Below, piece by piece: positions 1-7,898 of a stretch of DNA of 12,118 bases (the first letter of the stretch is position 1; each line of letters starts with the position of its first letter). Position numbers and translations under genes: made by a program. The notes under the pieces are model-generated. The model was not told the origin of the DNA. It saw nothing but the letters and a program-made list of their open reading frames with translations, and did no database searches. Source of the DNA: Armatimonadota bacterium (GTDB taxonomy: Bacteria; Armatimonadota; Fimbriimonadia; Fimbriimonadales; GBS-DC); the NCBI GenBank assembly GCA_037445735.1, contig JBBIJY010000043.1, forward strand, positions 1 through 12,118. The letters are read 5' to 3'.

Positions 1-76
1 CTCCCCAGAGGGGAGAGGGAGAAACGAAGCCCCTCTCCCCCGCATGTGGGGGAGAGGGTACGGGTGAGGGGGCTTC
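1..76. repeat. Dimeric palindromic intergenic repeat (BoxC/REP-like CCCTCTCCC..GGGAGAGGG..GGGTGAGGG type), cut by the window edge
   Basis: Hairpin 1 (truncated): CTCCCC-AGA-GGGGAG(AGGG), 1-19. Hairpin 2: perfect 11-bp stem CCCTCTCCCCC (31-41)/GGGGGAGAGGG (48-58), then the tail TACGGGTGAGGGGG. GAAGCCCC (26-33) is also complementary to GGGGCTTC (69-76). The family resemblance to E. coli BoxC-like elements is from memory, not a search. Confidence 0.75.
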
Positions 77-125
77 ACGCAGGCGAATCTGATGCCCGCG
101 AATTTTCGAACACCCTCAGCTCCCC

Positions 126-155
126 TTGACTTTCCAGACGCCGATATGCCATAAT
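126..155 (+). promoter_or_regulatory. sigma70/SigA-type promoter for sufD
   Basis: -35 TTGACT (126-131), 18-nt spacer, extended -10 TG-c-CATAAT (147-155). It lies 32 nt upstream of the sufD ATG. Confidence 0.7.
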
Positions 156-168
156 TTAGCCACGCTAA
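156..168. promoter_or_regulatory. Candidate operator: inverted repeat over the predicted transcription start
   Basis: TTAGC-CAC-GCTAA directly after the -10 hexamer. The arms are only 5 bp and the regulator is unknown. Confidence 0.35.
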
Positions 169-187
169 GCATCTGGGAGGAAAATGA

Positions 188-1546
188 ATGCGAACGGAAA
201 CGCTGATTGCCCCACCCGGTTTGACCACTGAACGGATAGAACGGCTGGCGCGGGCGCTGGGTGAGCCGGATTGGCACATCCAGCGGCGGCTGGAGGCGTT
301 CGAACGCTTTCTGCAACTGCCGCTACCCTCGCCCAAACAGGAGGACTGGCGCTATACCGACATCACCATGCTCCATTTAGAGGACTATCCAGCGGTTGCG
401 TGGCAGGACGAGCCGCCTGCGAACCCGCCCGTGCAGATGCCGCCCTTTCTGGTGGAGCGACCCACGATACGGGTCTATCACCGCGCGGGCTTCGGTTTTG
501 AAGCACACATCCCCGACGAGTGGCGCGAGCGCGGCGTGCAGGTGCGCGACCTGCGCGAGGTGCTGCTGAACGAACCCGAACGGCTCGAAGCCGATCTGGG
601 ACGCCTCGCGCCCATCCCTGGCGATAAGTTCTCGGTGTTGCACACTGCTGCATGGGATAGCGGGCTGTATGTGTTCATCCCGCGCAATCTTGAAGTGTCC
701 GGCGTGATAGAGATCATCCACTGGTTCGAAACGCCCGGCGCGCACTTCCCCCACACGCTGATCGCGCTGGAAGCGAGCAGCGCGGCGAATATTGTGCAGT
801 CGTTCTTCTCGCCCGAAGGCGTGCCGATGGTATGCCTCGGCGCGGTGGAGGTGTTCTGCGCGCCCAATAGCCAGCTGCGCCATACGCTGATGCAACGCAT
901 GGGGCGCGAGACGGTTTTCATCACCAGCGTCGATTACGAACAGCAGCGTGATAGTCGCGTGCTGTCGCTCGCGGTGGGTCTGGGCGGCAAACTCGCCCGC
1001 ACCGTACTGCAGCATCTGATGAACGGTCAGGGCGCAGAGGCGCGACCGCTCGGACTCTTCTTTGGCGATAAAACCCAGCATCTCGACTTCCGCACCCTGC
1101 AGGATCACCGTGTGGGCAACACCACGAGCGACCTGCTCTACAAGGGCGTGCTGGACGACGAAGCGCAGTCGGTCTTCTCTGGACTGATACGGGTGCATCA
1201 GGGCGCCCAGCACACCGACGCCTATCAGGCGAACCGCAATCTGTTGCTCAGCGATCAGGCGCGGGCGCACTCCATTCCCAATCTGGAGATAGGCGCGAAC
1301 GAGGTGCGCTGCACGCATGGTGCGACGGTCGGTCCCGTTCAGCCCGATGAGCTGTTCTACCTGCGCTCGCGCGGGCTGGACCCCGCCACCGCCGAAGCGG
1401 TCATCGTGATGGGCTTCTTTGAGCAGGTTCTGCGCGAAATCAAGCCCACCGATTTGCGACTGTCCATCCAGCGGCTGCTGGCGTCCAAACTCAAAGGCGA
1501 CGCGCCCCGCTACTTTATGGACCTGGCGGAGCTGAGCGAGGAGTGA
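188..1546 (+). CDS. sufD: Fe-S cluster assembly protein SufD
   Basis: N-terminal EDWRYTDI, SufBD beta-helix with LYKGVLDDEAQSVFSGLIRV, and IPNLEI...VRCTHGATVG (HGA is SufD-type; SufB has HEA), then ELFYLRSRGL. Shine-Dalgarno GGAGG at 176-180. Neighbours sufS and sufU. Confidence 0.92.
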   Translation: MRTETLIAPPGLTTERIERLARALGEPDWHIQRRLEAFERFLQLPLPSPKQEDWRYTDITMLHLEDYPAVAWQDEPPANPPVQMPPFLVERPTIRVYHRAGFGFEAHIPDEWRERGVQVRDLREVLLNEPERLEADLGRLAPIPGDKFSVLHTAAWDSGLYVFIPRNLEVSGVIEIIHWFETPGAHFPHTLIALEASSAANIVQSFFSPEGVPMVCLGAVEVFCAPNSQLRHTLMQRMGRETVFITSVDYEQQRDSRVLSLAVGLGGKLARTVLQHLMNGQGAEARPLGLFFGDKTQHLDFRTLQDHRVGNTTSDLLYKGVLDDEAQSVFSGLIRVHQGAQHTDAYQANRNLLLSDQARAHSIPNLEIGANEVRCTHGATVGPVQPDELFYLRSRGLDPATAEAVIVMGFFEQVLREIKPTDLRLSIQRLLASKLKGDAPRYFMDLAELSEE

Positions 1547-1551
1547 GCGCG

Positions 1552-1866
1552 ATGTGGCATCGGGCGATACCGGACGAGCTGAAAGTGGGCGAGCTGCGCA
1601 CGGTGGAGCTGGAGGGCAAGCCGATTCTGATCGGGCGCACCGAGAAGGGCTACTTCGCCGTGCTGGATCGCTGCTCGCACGAGAATCAGCCCCTGTCGGA
1701 CGCCGACGGCATCCCGGGGCGCATTTTCAAGGGTCTGCTGGAGTGTCCCCATCACGGCGCGAAGTTCGACCCGCACACGGGTCAGGCGCGCGGGCTGCCC
1801 GCCATCCGCCCCATCAAAACCTTCCCCGTCAAAGTGGAAGACGGCTCGGTGTGGGTACAATTATAG
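1552..1866 (+). CDS. Rieske-type [2Fe-2S] ferredoxin (suf-associated)
   Basis: CSH...CPHH ligand motifs, GAKFD and GLPAIRPIKTFPV. The ATG at 1552 was chosen because GAGGAG (1538-1543) lies 8 nt upstream. An alternative GTG at 1543 overlaps the sufD stop. Confidence 0.9.
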   Translation: MWHRAIPDELKVGELRTVELEGKPILIGRTEKGYFAVLDRCSHENQPLSDADGIPGRIFKGLLECPHHGAKFDPHTGQARGLPAIRPIKTFPVKVEDGSVWVQL

Positions 1867-1880
1867 GCGGAGACACGGCG

Positions 1881-3116
1881 ATGGCGACGATACCGACGGT
1901 GTTAGATGCGCACGAGCTGCGGCGGCAGTTCCCCTTCTTCCAGCCGCATCCCGAAATGCGCAGCCTTATCTATCTGGACAACGCGGCGACCACGCAGAAG
2001 CCCTATAGCGTGCTGGACGCGCTGACCAACTTTTACGCGCACCATAACGCGAATGTGCATCGGGGCGCGTACGGCGTCGGCGCGAAGGCGTCGGAGCTGT
2101 TCGAAGCCGCCCGCGAGCGCGTCGCTCAATTCATCAACGCGCGCGAGCCTGCCGAGATCATCTTCACGCGCGGCACCACCGAAAGCATCAATCTGGTCGC
2201 GGCGAGCTGGGGCAGCACCCTGCGCGAGGGCGACGAGATTATCGTCTCTGAGATGGAGCATCACGCGAACATCCTGCCATGGATCCAGATTGCCCGCGCA
2301 AAGGGTGCGCGCATCGTCGTGTGGCGCATCACCGACGACGGACGCCTCGATTTAGAGGAACTGCGTCGCCTGCTGACCGAGCGCACGCGCATGGTCGCCG
2401 TCGTGCATATCTCCAATGTGCTGGGCACGATCAATCCCGTTGCCGACATCTGTCGGGTCGCGCATGAGGCGGGCGCACTCTGCCTGGTGGACGCCGCCCA
2501 GAGCGTGGCGCATCTGCCCCTCGATGTGCAGCAGATCGACTGCGATTTTCTGGCGTTCTCGGCGCACAAAGCCTACGGACCGACGGGCATCGGCGTTCTG
2601 TACGGCAGGCGCACGCTGCTGGAATCGATGCCGCCCTATCAGACAGGCGGCGGCATGATTCGCAGGGTGAGCTGGGACGAGGTTACCTGGGCAGATATAC
2701 CGGCGCGGTTCGAGGCGGGCACGCCCGCGATTGCCGAAGCCGTCGGGCTGCACGCCGCGCTCGATTTTATCGATTCCATCGGGCGCGAGCGCATCGCCGC
2801 GCAGGAACACGCGCTCACGCAATACACGCTCCAGCGCCTGCAGGAGGTGCCCGGGCTGCGCCTCTACGGTCCGCAACCCGATCGCGCGGGCATCTTCGCC
2901 TTCACGCTGGAAGATATTCATCCCCACGACATCGCCACCGTGCTGGACTCGCGCGATATTGCGATTCGGTCGGGGCATCACTGTGCGCATCCGCTGGGCG
3001 ATCGGCTCGGCGTGCCCGCCACCGCGCGCGCCAGCCTCGCCGTTTACAACGACACCGACCACATCGACGCCCTCATCGATGGGCTGTATTATGTGCGCCA
3101 GGTGTTCGGATACTGA
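1881..3116 (+). CDS. sufS: Cysteine desulfurase SufS (group II, PLP-dependent), 411 aa
   Basis: YLDNAATTQKP, MEHHAN, DAAQS, FSAHK (PLP lysine), RFEAGTP, HPHD and RSGHHCA (catalytic Cys). The start is ATG 1881 after GGAG (1869-1872). The ORF-track start at 1554 overlaps the Rieske gene and is not credible. Confidence 0.95.
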   Translation: MATIPTVLDAHELRRQFPFFQPHPEMRSLIYLDNAATTQKPYSVLDALTNFYAHHNANVHRGAYGVGAKASELFEAARERVAQFINAREPAEIIFTRGTTESINLVAASWGSTLREGDEIIVSEMEHHANILPWIQIARAKGARIVVWRITDDGRLDLEELRRLLTERTRMVAVVHISNVLGTINPVADICRVAHEAGALCLVDAAQSVAHLPLDVQQIDCDFLAFSAHKAYGPTGIGVLYGRRTLLESMPPYQTGGGMIRRVSWDEVTWADIPARFEAGTPAIAEAVGLHAALDFIDSIGRERIAAQEHALTQYTLQRLQEVPGLRLYGPQPDRAGIFAFTLEDIHPHDIATVLDSRDIAIRSGHHCAHPLGDRLGVPATARASLAVYNDTDHIDALIDGLYYVRQVFGY

Positions 3117-3134
3117 AGATGGAGTGAACGGTCT

Positions 3135-3569
3135 ATGGTCAGCGATTTGTATCGGGATACGATTCTGGATCATTATCGCCATCCGCGCGGGCGGGGCAGG
3201 CTGGACGACCCCAAGATTCACCACGAGGGCGCGAACCCGCTCTGCGGCGATGAGGTGATTCTCGAACTGCGCGTGGAGGACGGGCGCATCAGCGATATTC
3301 GCTTCGACGGGCGCGGCTGCTCCATCAGTCAGGCATCCGCCTCGATGCTCGTGGAGGCGGTCAGGGGCAAAACGCTGGACGAGGTGCGGGAACTCATTCA
3401 GAAGGTGTACGCCATGCTGCGCGGCGAGATAGAACCCGATTATGAGGAGATGGGCGACCTGAGCGCGCTGTCCGGGGTGAGCCAGTTCCCCGTGCGTGTC
3501 AAATGTGCCACCCTGCCCTGGCACACCCTCGAAGAAGCCCTGCCCGATGAGCCTTACCCCAGCAAATAG
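3135..3569 (+). CDS. sufU: SUF system NifU-family sulfur acceptor SufU
   Basis: LYRDTILDHYRHP, NPLCGD, GRGCSISQASAS and RVKCATLPW (Cys/Asp/Cys/Cys ligand set), with the SufU-type insertion before the last Cys. Directly downstream of sufS, with SD GGAG at 3121-3124. Confidence 0.93.
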   Translation: MVSDLYRDTILDHYRHPRGRGRLDDPKIHHEGANPLCGDEVILELRVEDGRISDIRFDGRGCSISQASASMLVEAVRGKTLDEVRELIQKVYAMLRGEIEPDYEEMGDLSALSGVSQFPVRVKCATLPWHTLEEALPDEPYPSK

Positions 3570-3598
3570 GGCAGGAATCGCCGTTAGCAGGCAGTATC

Positions 3599-4222
3599 GT
3601 GAGGGATGTGGCGCGGAGGGCGGCACGAATCGGGTTGCTGGGGGGCACATTTGACCCTGTGCATTACGGTCATCTGCGGCTGGCGGAAGAAGCGCGTGCA
3701 GCCGCCGGGCTGGAGCAGGTGATTTTCATACCCGCCGCCCGCTCGCCTTTCAAACCCGACCGCCTGCTCAGCGATGCCCACCATCGGCTGGAGATGGTGC
3801 GCCTCGCCATCAGCAGCAACCCCGCCTTCGCCGTGTCCGACCTTGAAATCGCGCGGGGCGGCGTCTCCTACACCATCGACACCGTACGCCAGCTGAGCGA
3901 GCAACTTCCCGAGGCGCAACTTTTCCTGATTATGGGGCTGGACAGCCTGGCGAGCTTTGAGCAGTGGCGCGAACCGCTCGAAATCGTCCGACTCTGCACC
4001 CTGCTGGTCGGCGCGCGCCCCGGCTACGCGCCGGAGCCGATCCTGAACCGCCTGCCCGAAGCCATCCGACGCGCCGTGCGTCTGATTCCGTCGACCGCGC
4101 TCGACATCAGCGCCACCCAACTGCGGGAACTAACACGCACTGGCGGAACCCTGCGCTACTTAACGCCTGACAATGTGATAGAATATATCCAGACGCACCA
4201 TCTCTACAGGGAGGCGAAATAA
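3599..4222 (+). CDS. nadD: Nicotinate-nucleotide adenylyltransferase
   Basis: GLLGGTFDPVHYGH (HxGH), SYTIDT, IMGLDSL..FEQW and DISAT.LR. Followed by rsfS. The GTG start is uncertain by a few codons. Confidence 0.93.
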   Translation: MRDVARRAARIGLLGGTFDPVHYGHLRLAEEARAAAGLEQVIFIPAARSPFKPDRLLSDAHHRLEMVRLAISSNPAFAVSDLEIARGGVSYTIDTVRQLSEQLPEAQLFLIMGLDSLASFEQWREPLEIVRLCTLLVGARPGYAPEPILNRLPEAIRRAVRLIPSTALDISATQLRELTRTGGTLRYLTPDNVIEYIQTHHLYREAK

Positions 4223-4236
4223 CGGGAGCTAACAGA

Positions 4237-4593
4237 ATGACGACCGAACAGAAGTTGCAGGCGGTTATCCGCGCGGCGGAAGACGCCAAAGCCGAGCGGA
4301 TTAGCTGTCTCGATTTGCGCGGCAAGACGCTGATTGCCGACTACTTCGTGGTGTGCAGTGGCAACTCCGATGTGCATATCCGTTCCATCGCCGACCGGAT
4401 TCAGGACCAGTTGCGCGAGCTGGGCGAGCGTGCCGAGCGGGTCGAGGGCTATCGTGAAGCCAGCTGGGTGCTGCTCGATTATGGCGATGTGATTGCCCAC
4501 ATTATGCGTCAGGAGCAGCGCGACTACTACGGGCTGGAGACCTTCTGGCAGAACGCCCCGCTCATCGAAAGCCTGCGAGAGCGCAAGCCATGA
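4237..4593 (+). CDS. rsfS: Ribosome silencing factor RsfS (Iojap family)
   Basis: DAKAERI..LDLR, ADYFVVCSGNS, EG...WVLLDYGDVIAHIM...RDYYGLETFW. The nadD-rsfS synteny is standard. Confidence 0.95.
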   Translation: MTTEQKLQAVIRAAEDAKAERISCLDLRGKTLIADYFVVCSGNSDVHIRSIADRIQDQLRELGERAERVEGYREASWVLLDYGDVIAHIMRQEQRDYYGLETFWQNAPLIESLRERKP

Positions 4594-5270
4594 AACCCGA
4601 TTCGGAGCTGGACCCCAAGCGTGACGAAGTGGAGCGCCTGCTGCGGCAGGCGAACCTGCAGAAGATGCGCGGGCAGCTGGAGGACGCCAGCGCGTCGGTT
4701 CAGCAGGCGCTGGAGCTGATGCCCGACGACGCCGATGTGTGGGCGATGCTGGGCGACCTGCGTCAGCAGGCGGGCGACATGCAGGGCGCCCACGACGCCT
4801 ACAAACGCGCCCACGAGCTGGCGCCCGATAACGCCGCCATCGAGCGCAAATACGCCCAGACCGTGCTGGCGCTCACCAGCCAGCAGGAGCAGTTCCAGCT
4901 CTGGCAGCAAGCCATCGAGGGCAAACTGCCCGAAGAGGAACTCGGTCCCCCGCGCCAGCCCGCGCTGGCGTTCCTGCTCTCGCTCGTGATGCCCGGATTG
5001 GGGCAACTTTACAACGGTCAAATCGTCAAAGGCGGTATCCTGCTGGGCATCATGCTCGCTGGACTGTCGCTGTTCATGCTGATTGGCGATGCGAAGACCG
5101 CGCTGCAGAACATGATCGCGTTTGTTGTAAACCCGTCACGCATGCGCGGCGACATCAGTCAGGTGCACCTGCTGATTACGCTCGCGCTGTTTATTGTGTG
5201 GGTGTACGCGATCCTCGACGCGCCGCTGAGCGCGGTCGCCCGCAATCGCCGCCTGCCCGGTGTAGAGTGA
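4590..5270 (+). CDS. Tetratricopeptide-repeat membrane protein (TPR plus TM2/DUF5683-like hydrophobic C-terminus)
   Basis: TPR-like helices (QALELMPDDADVWAMLGDL..AGDMQGAHDAYKRAHELAPDN), then AFLLSLVMPGLGQLYNGQIVKGG and about 3 hydrophobic segments. The ATGA start overlaps the rsfS stop. Confidence 0.8.
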   Translation: MKPDSELDPKRDEVERLLRQANLQKMRGQLEDASASVQQALELMPDDADVWAMLGDLRQQAGDMQGAHDAYKRAHELAPDNAAIERKYAQTVLALTSQQEQFQLWQQAIEGKLPEEELGPPRQPALAFLLSLVMPGLGQLYNGQIVKGGILLGIMLAGLSLFMLIGDAKTALQNMIAFVVNPSRMRGDISQVHLLITLALFIVWVYAILDAPLSAVARNRRLPGVE

Positions 5271-5288
5271 AATAGATGGAGGGTTGAA

Positions 5289-7892
5289 ATGAGATATGCA
5301 ATCCGTTTCGGGTTGATTGCATGGCTGCTGATTCAGGCGCTGATGCCTGCGCTACCGCAAGCCGGCGCGACAGCCGGGTCAAAGCGTGTTTTGTACCGAC
5401 GAATCGAAGCGCAGCCGCCGTTTTACTCGATTCGCGAGCTGAGGCGCTGGGTGCAGAAAGAGAAGGCGCGGGCGAAGCAGCACCTGCGAACGCTGGAGAA
5501 GCGCGGTGTGAAGTTAACCGCCGCGCAGCGCCACAAGCTCGAAGAAGCCACCGAATATCTGGAGGCGTTGCTCTTCTATCTGGAGCTGCGCGCCTATCCG
5601 TATGCTTCGGTGGACTGGATGGCGTACATTCGCGCCGCCGAGCATCGCGACGCGATGACCGACTTTGCCCCCGCCTCTGGACCCCGCTGGGAGTTTGTCG
5701 GACCGCGCAATCTGGGCGTGCCGTACCGCACCTATTTCGGTCTCCCACCCGTCACGGGGCGGGTGAACGCGCTGGCGTATCACCCGACTCAGGAGGGCGT
5801 CTATTACATGGGCGCGCCGCAGGGCGGACTGTGGCGCAGCACCGACTTCGGTGCCACCTGGCAACCGCTCGGCGACAGCTGGCAGTTCCTGCAGGTCGCC
5901 TGCATCGCCATCCACCCGACGAACCCCGACATCATCTATGTGGGCACGGGCGATTTCCAGGGCCGGATGCGACCTTTCTCCATCGGCATTATGAAGTCGA
6001 CCGATGGCGGGCAGACCTGGCAGAGCATCGGCGCCGCCCAGTTCGGCTACAAGTGCGTCTCCGATATCCTGATTGACCCCGAAAACCCGGATATTATCGT
6101 CGCCTGCACAGGCTGGGGTCCCTATCAGAATGTGCCGGGCGAAATCTGGCGTTCCACCGATGGCGGCGCGACATGGACGCAGGTGAACCCTGTGAGCGCG
6201 ATCTGGAGCGATATGGCGATGGGGGCGCGCGATCCCAGCACAGGCATCCGCTACTACTATGCGGTGGGGCACGGCAATCCGGGGCGGGTTCTGCGCTCCA
6301 GCGACCGCGGCGCCACCTGGACAGTGCTGACCCCACCCTTCTCGGGCAACCAGCGTGCGCTTCGCATCGCCGCCTCGCCCACCAATCCCAATCGCGTCTA
6401 TCTGATGTCGGGCAACGCCTCGCAGGTATGGCGCAGCGATAACGCCGGCAACTCCTGGACCGCCCTCAACCCGACCGAAGATGGTGGTTTCTATCAGTCG
6501 TGGTACGACGCGCACCTGCATGTGTCGCAGGATAGCGCCAGCAACGATGTGATCTATCTGGGGCTGGTGGACCTGGTGCAGCGCACCGGCACGGGCACAT
6601 GGCGCTCCATCGCGTACGGTTTCACCGAAAGCGCGCTGATCCATGTGGACCAGCACGCCTTCGCGATTAACCCGCGCAACCCGAACGAAGCGCTGGCGGG
6701 CAACGACGGCGGCGTCTACCGGCTGGTTTATAACCCCAGCACCGGCACGGTCTCCTATACCAGCCTGAACGCGAATCTGGGCATCACCCAGTTCTACGCC
6801 GCCGACTTCCATCCGACCGACCCGAATCGGATGCTGGGCGGCGCACAGGACAACTCCACGCCGAGCGCGAACGGCAACCTCAACAGCTGGCGCAATGTGG
6901 GCGGCGGCGACGGCGGCTACTGCGCCTACAACCCGAACAACCCGAACATCCAGTACGCCACCTATCAATATCTGGGCGTTCTGCGCACCACCAGCAACTG
7001 GAGCAGATCCAGCAACATCAGCCCCGATATTGGAAGCGACCGCGTCGCTTTTATCGCGCCGATTGCCATCCATCCCGCCCAGCCCAGCTATCTGCTGGCG
7101 GGCACGAACTACCTCTGGCGCTGGGACGAGACCACGCGCACATGGACGGCGCGACTGGGCAATCAGCAGCTCTCGGTGAACGGTGTGGTCATCTCTATCG
7201 CGGGCGCGCCCAGCGACGCGAATGTCATCTACACGGGTTCCAATCAGGGCGAGCTGTGGATGACCACGAACGGCGGCAGCAACTGGCGACAGATCAACGC
7301 GGGCAACCCGTCCCTGCCCAACCGCGCCATCACGGCGATTGCGGTGCATCCGAATAACCCTTACAAAATCTATGTGGCGCTGGGCGGCACGGGCGCGCCC
7401 CATGTGTGGCGTTGCGACAACACGCTGGCGAACCCCGTGCAGTGGGTGAACATCAGCGGGTCGGGCAGCGCGGCGTTGCCCGATATTCATGCCAATACGC
7501 TGGCGATCGATCCCTCCGCGCCCGACAGAATCCTCTATGTGGGCACGGACATCGGCATGTTCTACACGCTGGACGGCGGCACAACATGGCGCAACGGCAC
7601 CGCGCCGCTGGGGTTGCCCAATGTGCAGGTCAACACGCTGAAGGTGGTGCCGGGCACGGGCTACCTGATGGCAGCGACCTATGGGCGCGGCATGTGGCGC
7701 ATCCGGCTGCCGCTCACGCCTGCAGGCGATGTTGACCGCGACGGCTGCGTGGACGATGCCGACCTGCTTGCCGTGCTGTTCGCCTTCGGTCAAACGGGCA
7801 GCGGGCTACCTGAAGATGTGAACGGCGATGGCGCTGTGGACGACGCCGACCTGCTGATTGTGCTGTTCGCGTTTGGGGAGGGCTGTGCCTGA
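5289..7892 (+). CDS. Secreted Asp-box/BNR beta-propeller protein (VPS10/sortilin/GH74-like fold) with C-terminal dockerin-like module
   Basis: Signal-peptide-like N-terminus and about 7 Asp boxes (STDFGATW, STDGGQTW, STDGGATW, SSDRGATW, SDNAGNSW, TTNGGSNW, TLDGGTTW), plus HVDQHA, GNDGG, GGAQDN, GGGDGG and ATYGRGMW. Twin DxDxDGxVDDADLL repeats at 7725-7892. SD GGAGG at 5278-5282. Confidence 0.88.
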   Translation: MRYAIRFGLIAWLLIQALMPALPQAGATAGSKRVLYRRIEAQPPFYSIRELRRWVQKEKARAKQHLRTLEKRGVKLTAAQRHKLEEATEYLEALLFYLELRAYPYASVDWMAYIRAAEHRDAMTDFAPASGPRWEFVGPRNLGVPYRTYFGLPPVTGRVNALAYHPTQEGVYYMGAPQGGLWRSTDFGATWQPLGDSWQFLQVACIAIHPTNPDIIYVGTGDFQGRMRPFSIGIMKSTDGGQTWQSIGAAQFGYKCVSDILIDPENPDIIVACTGWGPYQNVPGEIWRSTDGGATWTQVNPVSAIWSDMAMGARDPSTGIRYYYAVGHGNPGRVLRSSDRGATWTVLTPPFSGNQRALRIAASPTNPNRVYLMSGNASQVWRSDNAGNSWTALNPTEDGGFYQSWYDAHLHVSQDSASNDVIYLGLVDLVQRTGTGTWRSIAYGFTESALIHVDQHAFAINPRNPNEALAGNDGGVYRLVYNPSTGTVSYTSLNANLGITQFYAADFHPTDPNRMLGGAQDNSTPSANGNLNSWRNVGGGDGGYCAYNPNNPNIQYATYQYLGVLRTTSNWSRSSNISPDIGSDRVAFIAPIAIHPAQPSYLLAGTNYLWRWDETTRTWTARLGNQQLSVNGVVISIAGAPSDANVIYTGSNQGELWMTTNGGSNWRQINAGNPSLPNRAITAIAVHPNNPYKIYVALGGTGAPHVWRCDNTLANPVQWVNISGSGSAALPDIHANTLAIDPSAPDRILYVGTDIGMFYTLDGGTTWRNGTAPLGLPNVQVNTLKVVPGTGYLMAATYGRGMWRIRLPLTPAGDVDRDGCVDDADLLAVLFAFGQTGSGLPEDVNGDGAVDDADLLIVLFAFGEGCA

Positions 7893-7898
7893 CGCGCT

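Noticed and set aside
188-1546. Calling the first gene sufB
   Set aside because: It has THGATVG rather than the SufB HEA motif, and an N-terminal EDWRYT typical of SufD.
1554-1880. 109-codon N-terminal extension of SufS, or a Rieske-SufS frameshift fusion
   Set aside because: It overlaps the clear Rieske gene and translates to low-complexity Arg/Gly/Ala sequence. No X XXY YYZ slippery heptamer was seen, and ATG 1881 has its own SD.
5514-7793. 759-aa antisense ORF and other long shadow ORFs (377-1318, 2352-3650, 8448-9257, 9862-10743, 10652-11593)
   Set aside because: They lie opposite well-supported genes, have no recognisable motifs, and are expected in high-GC coding DNA.
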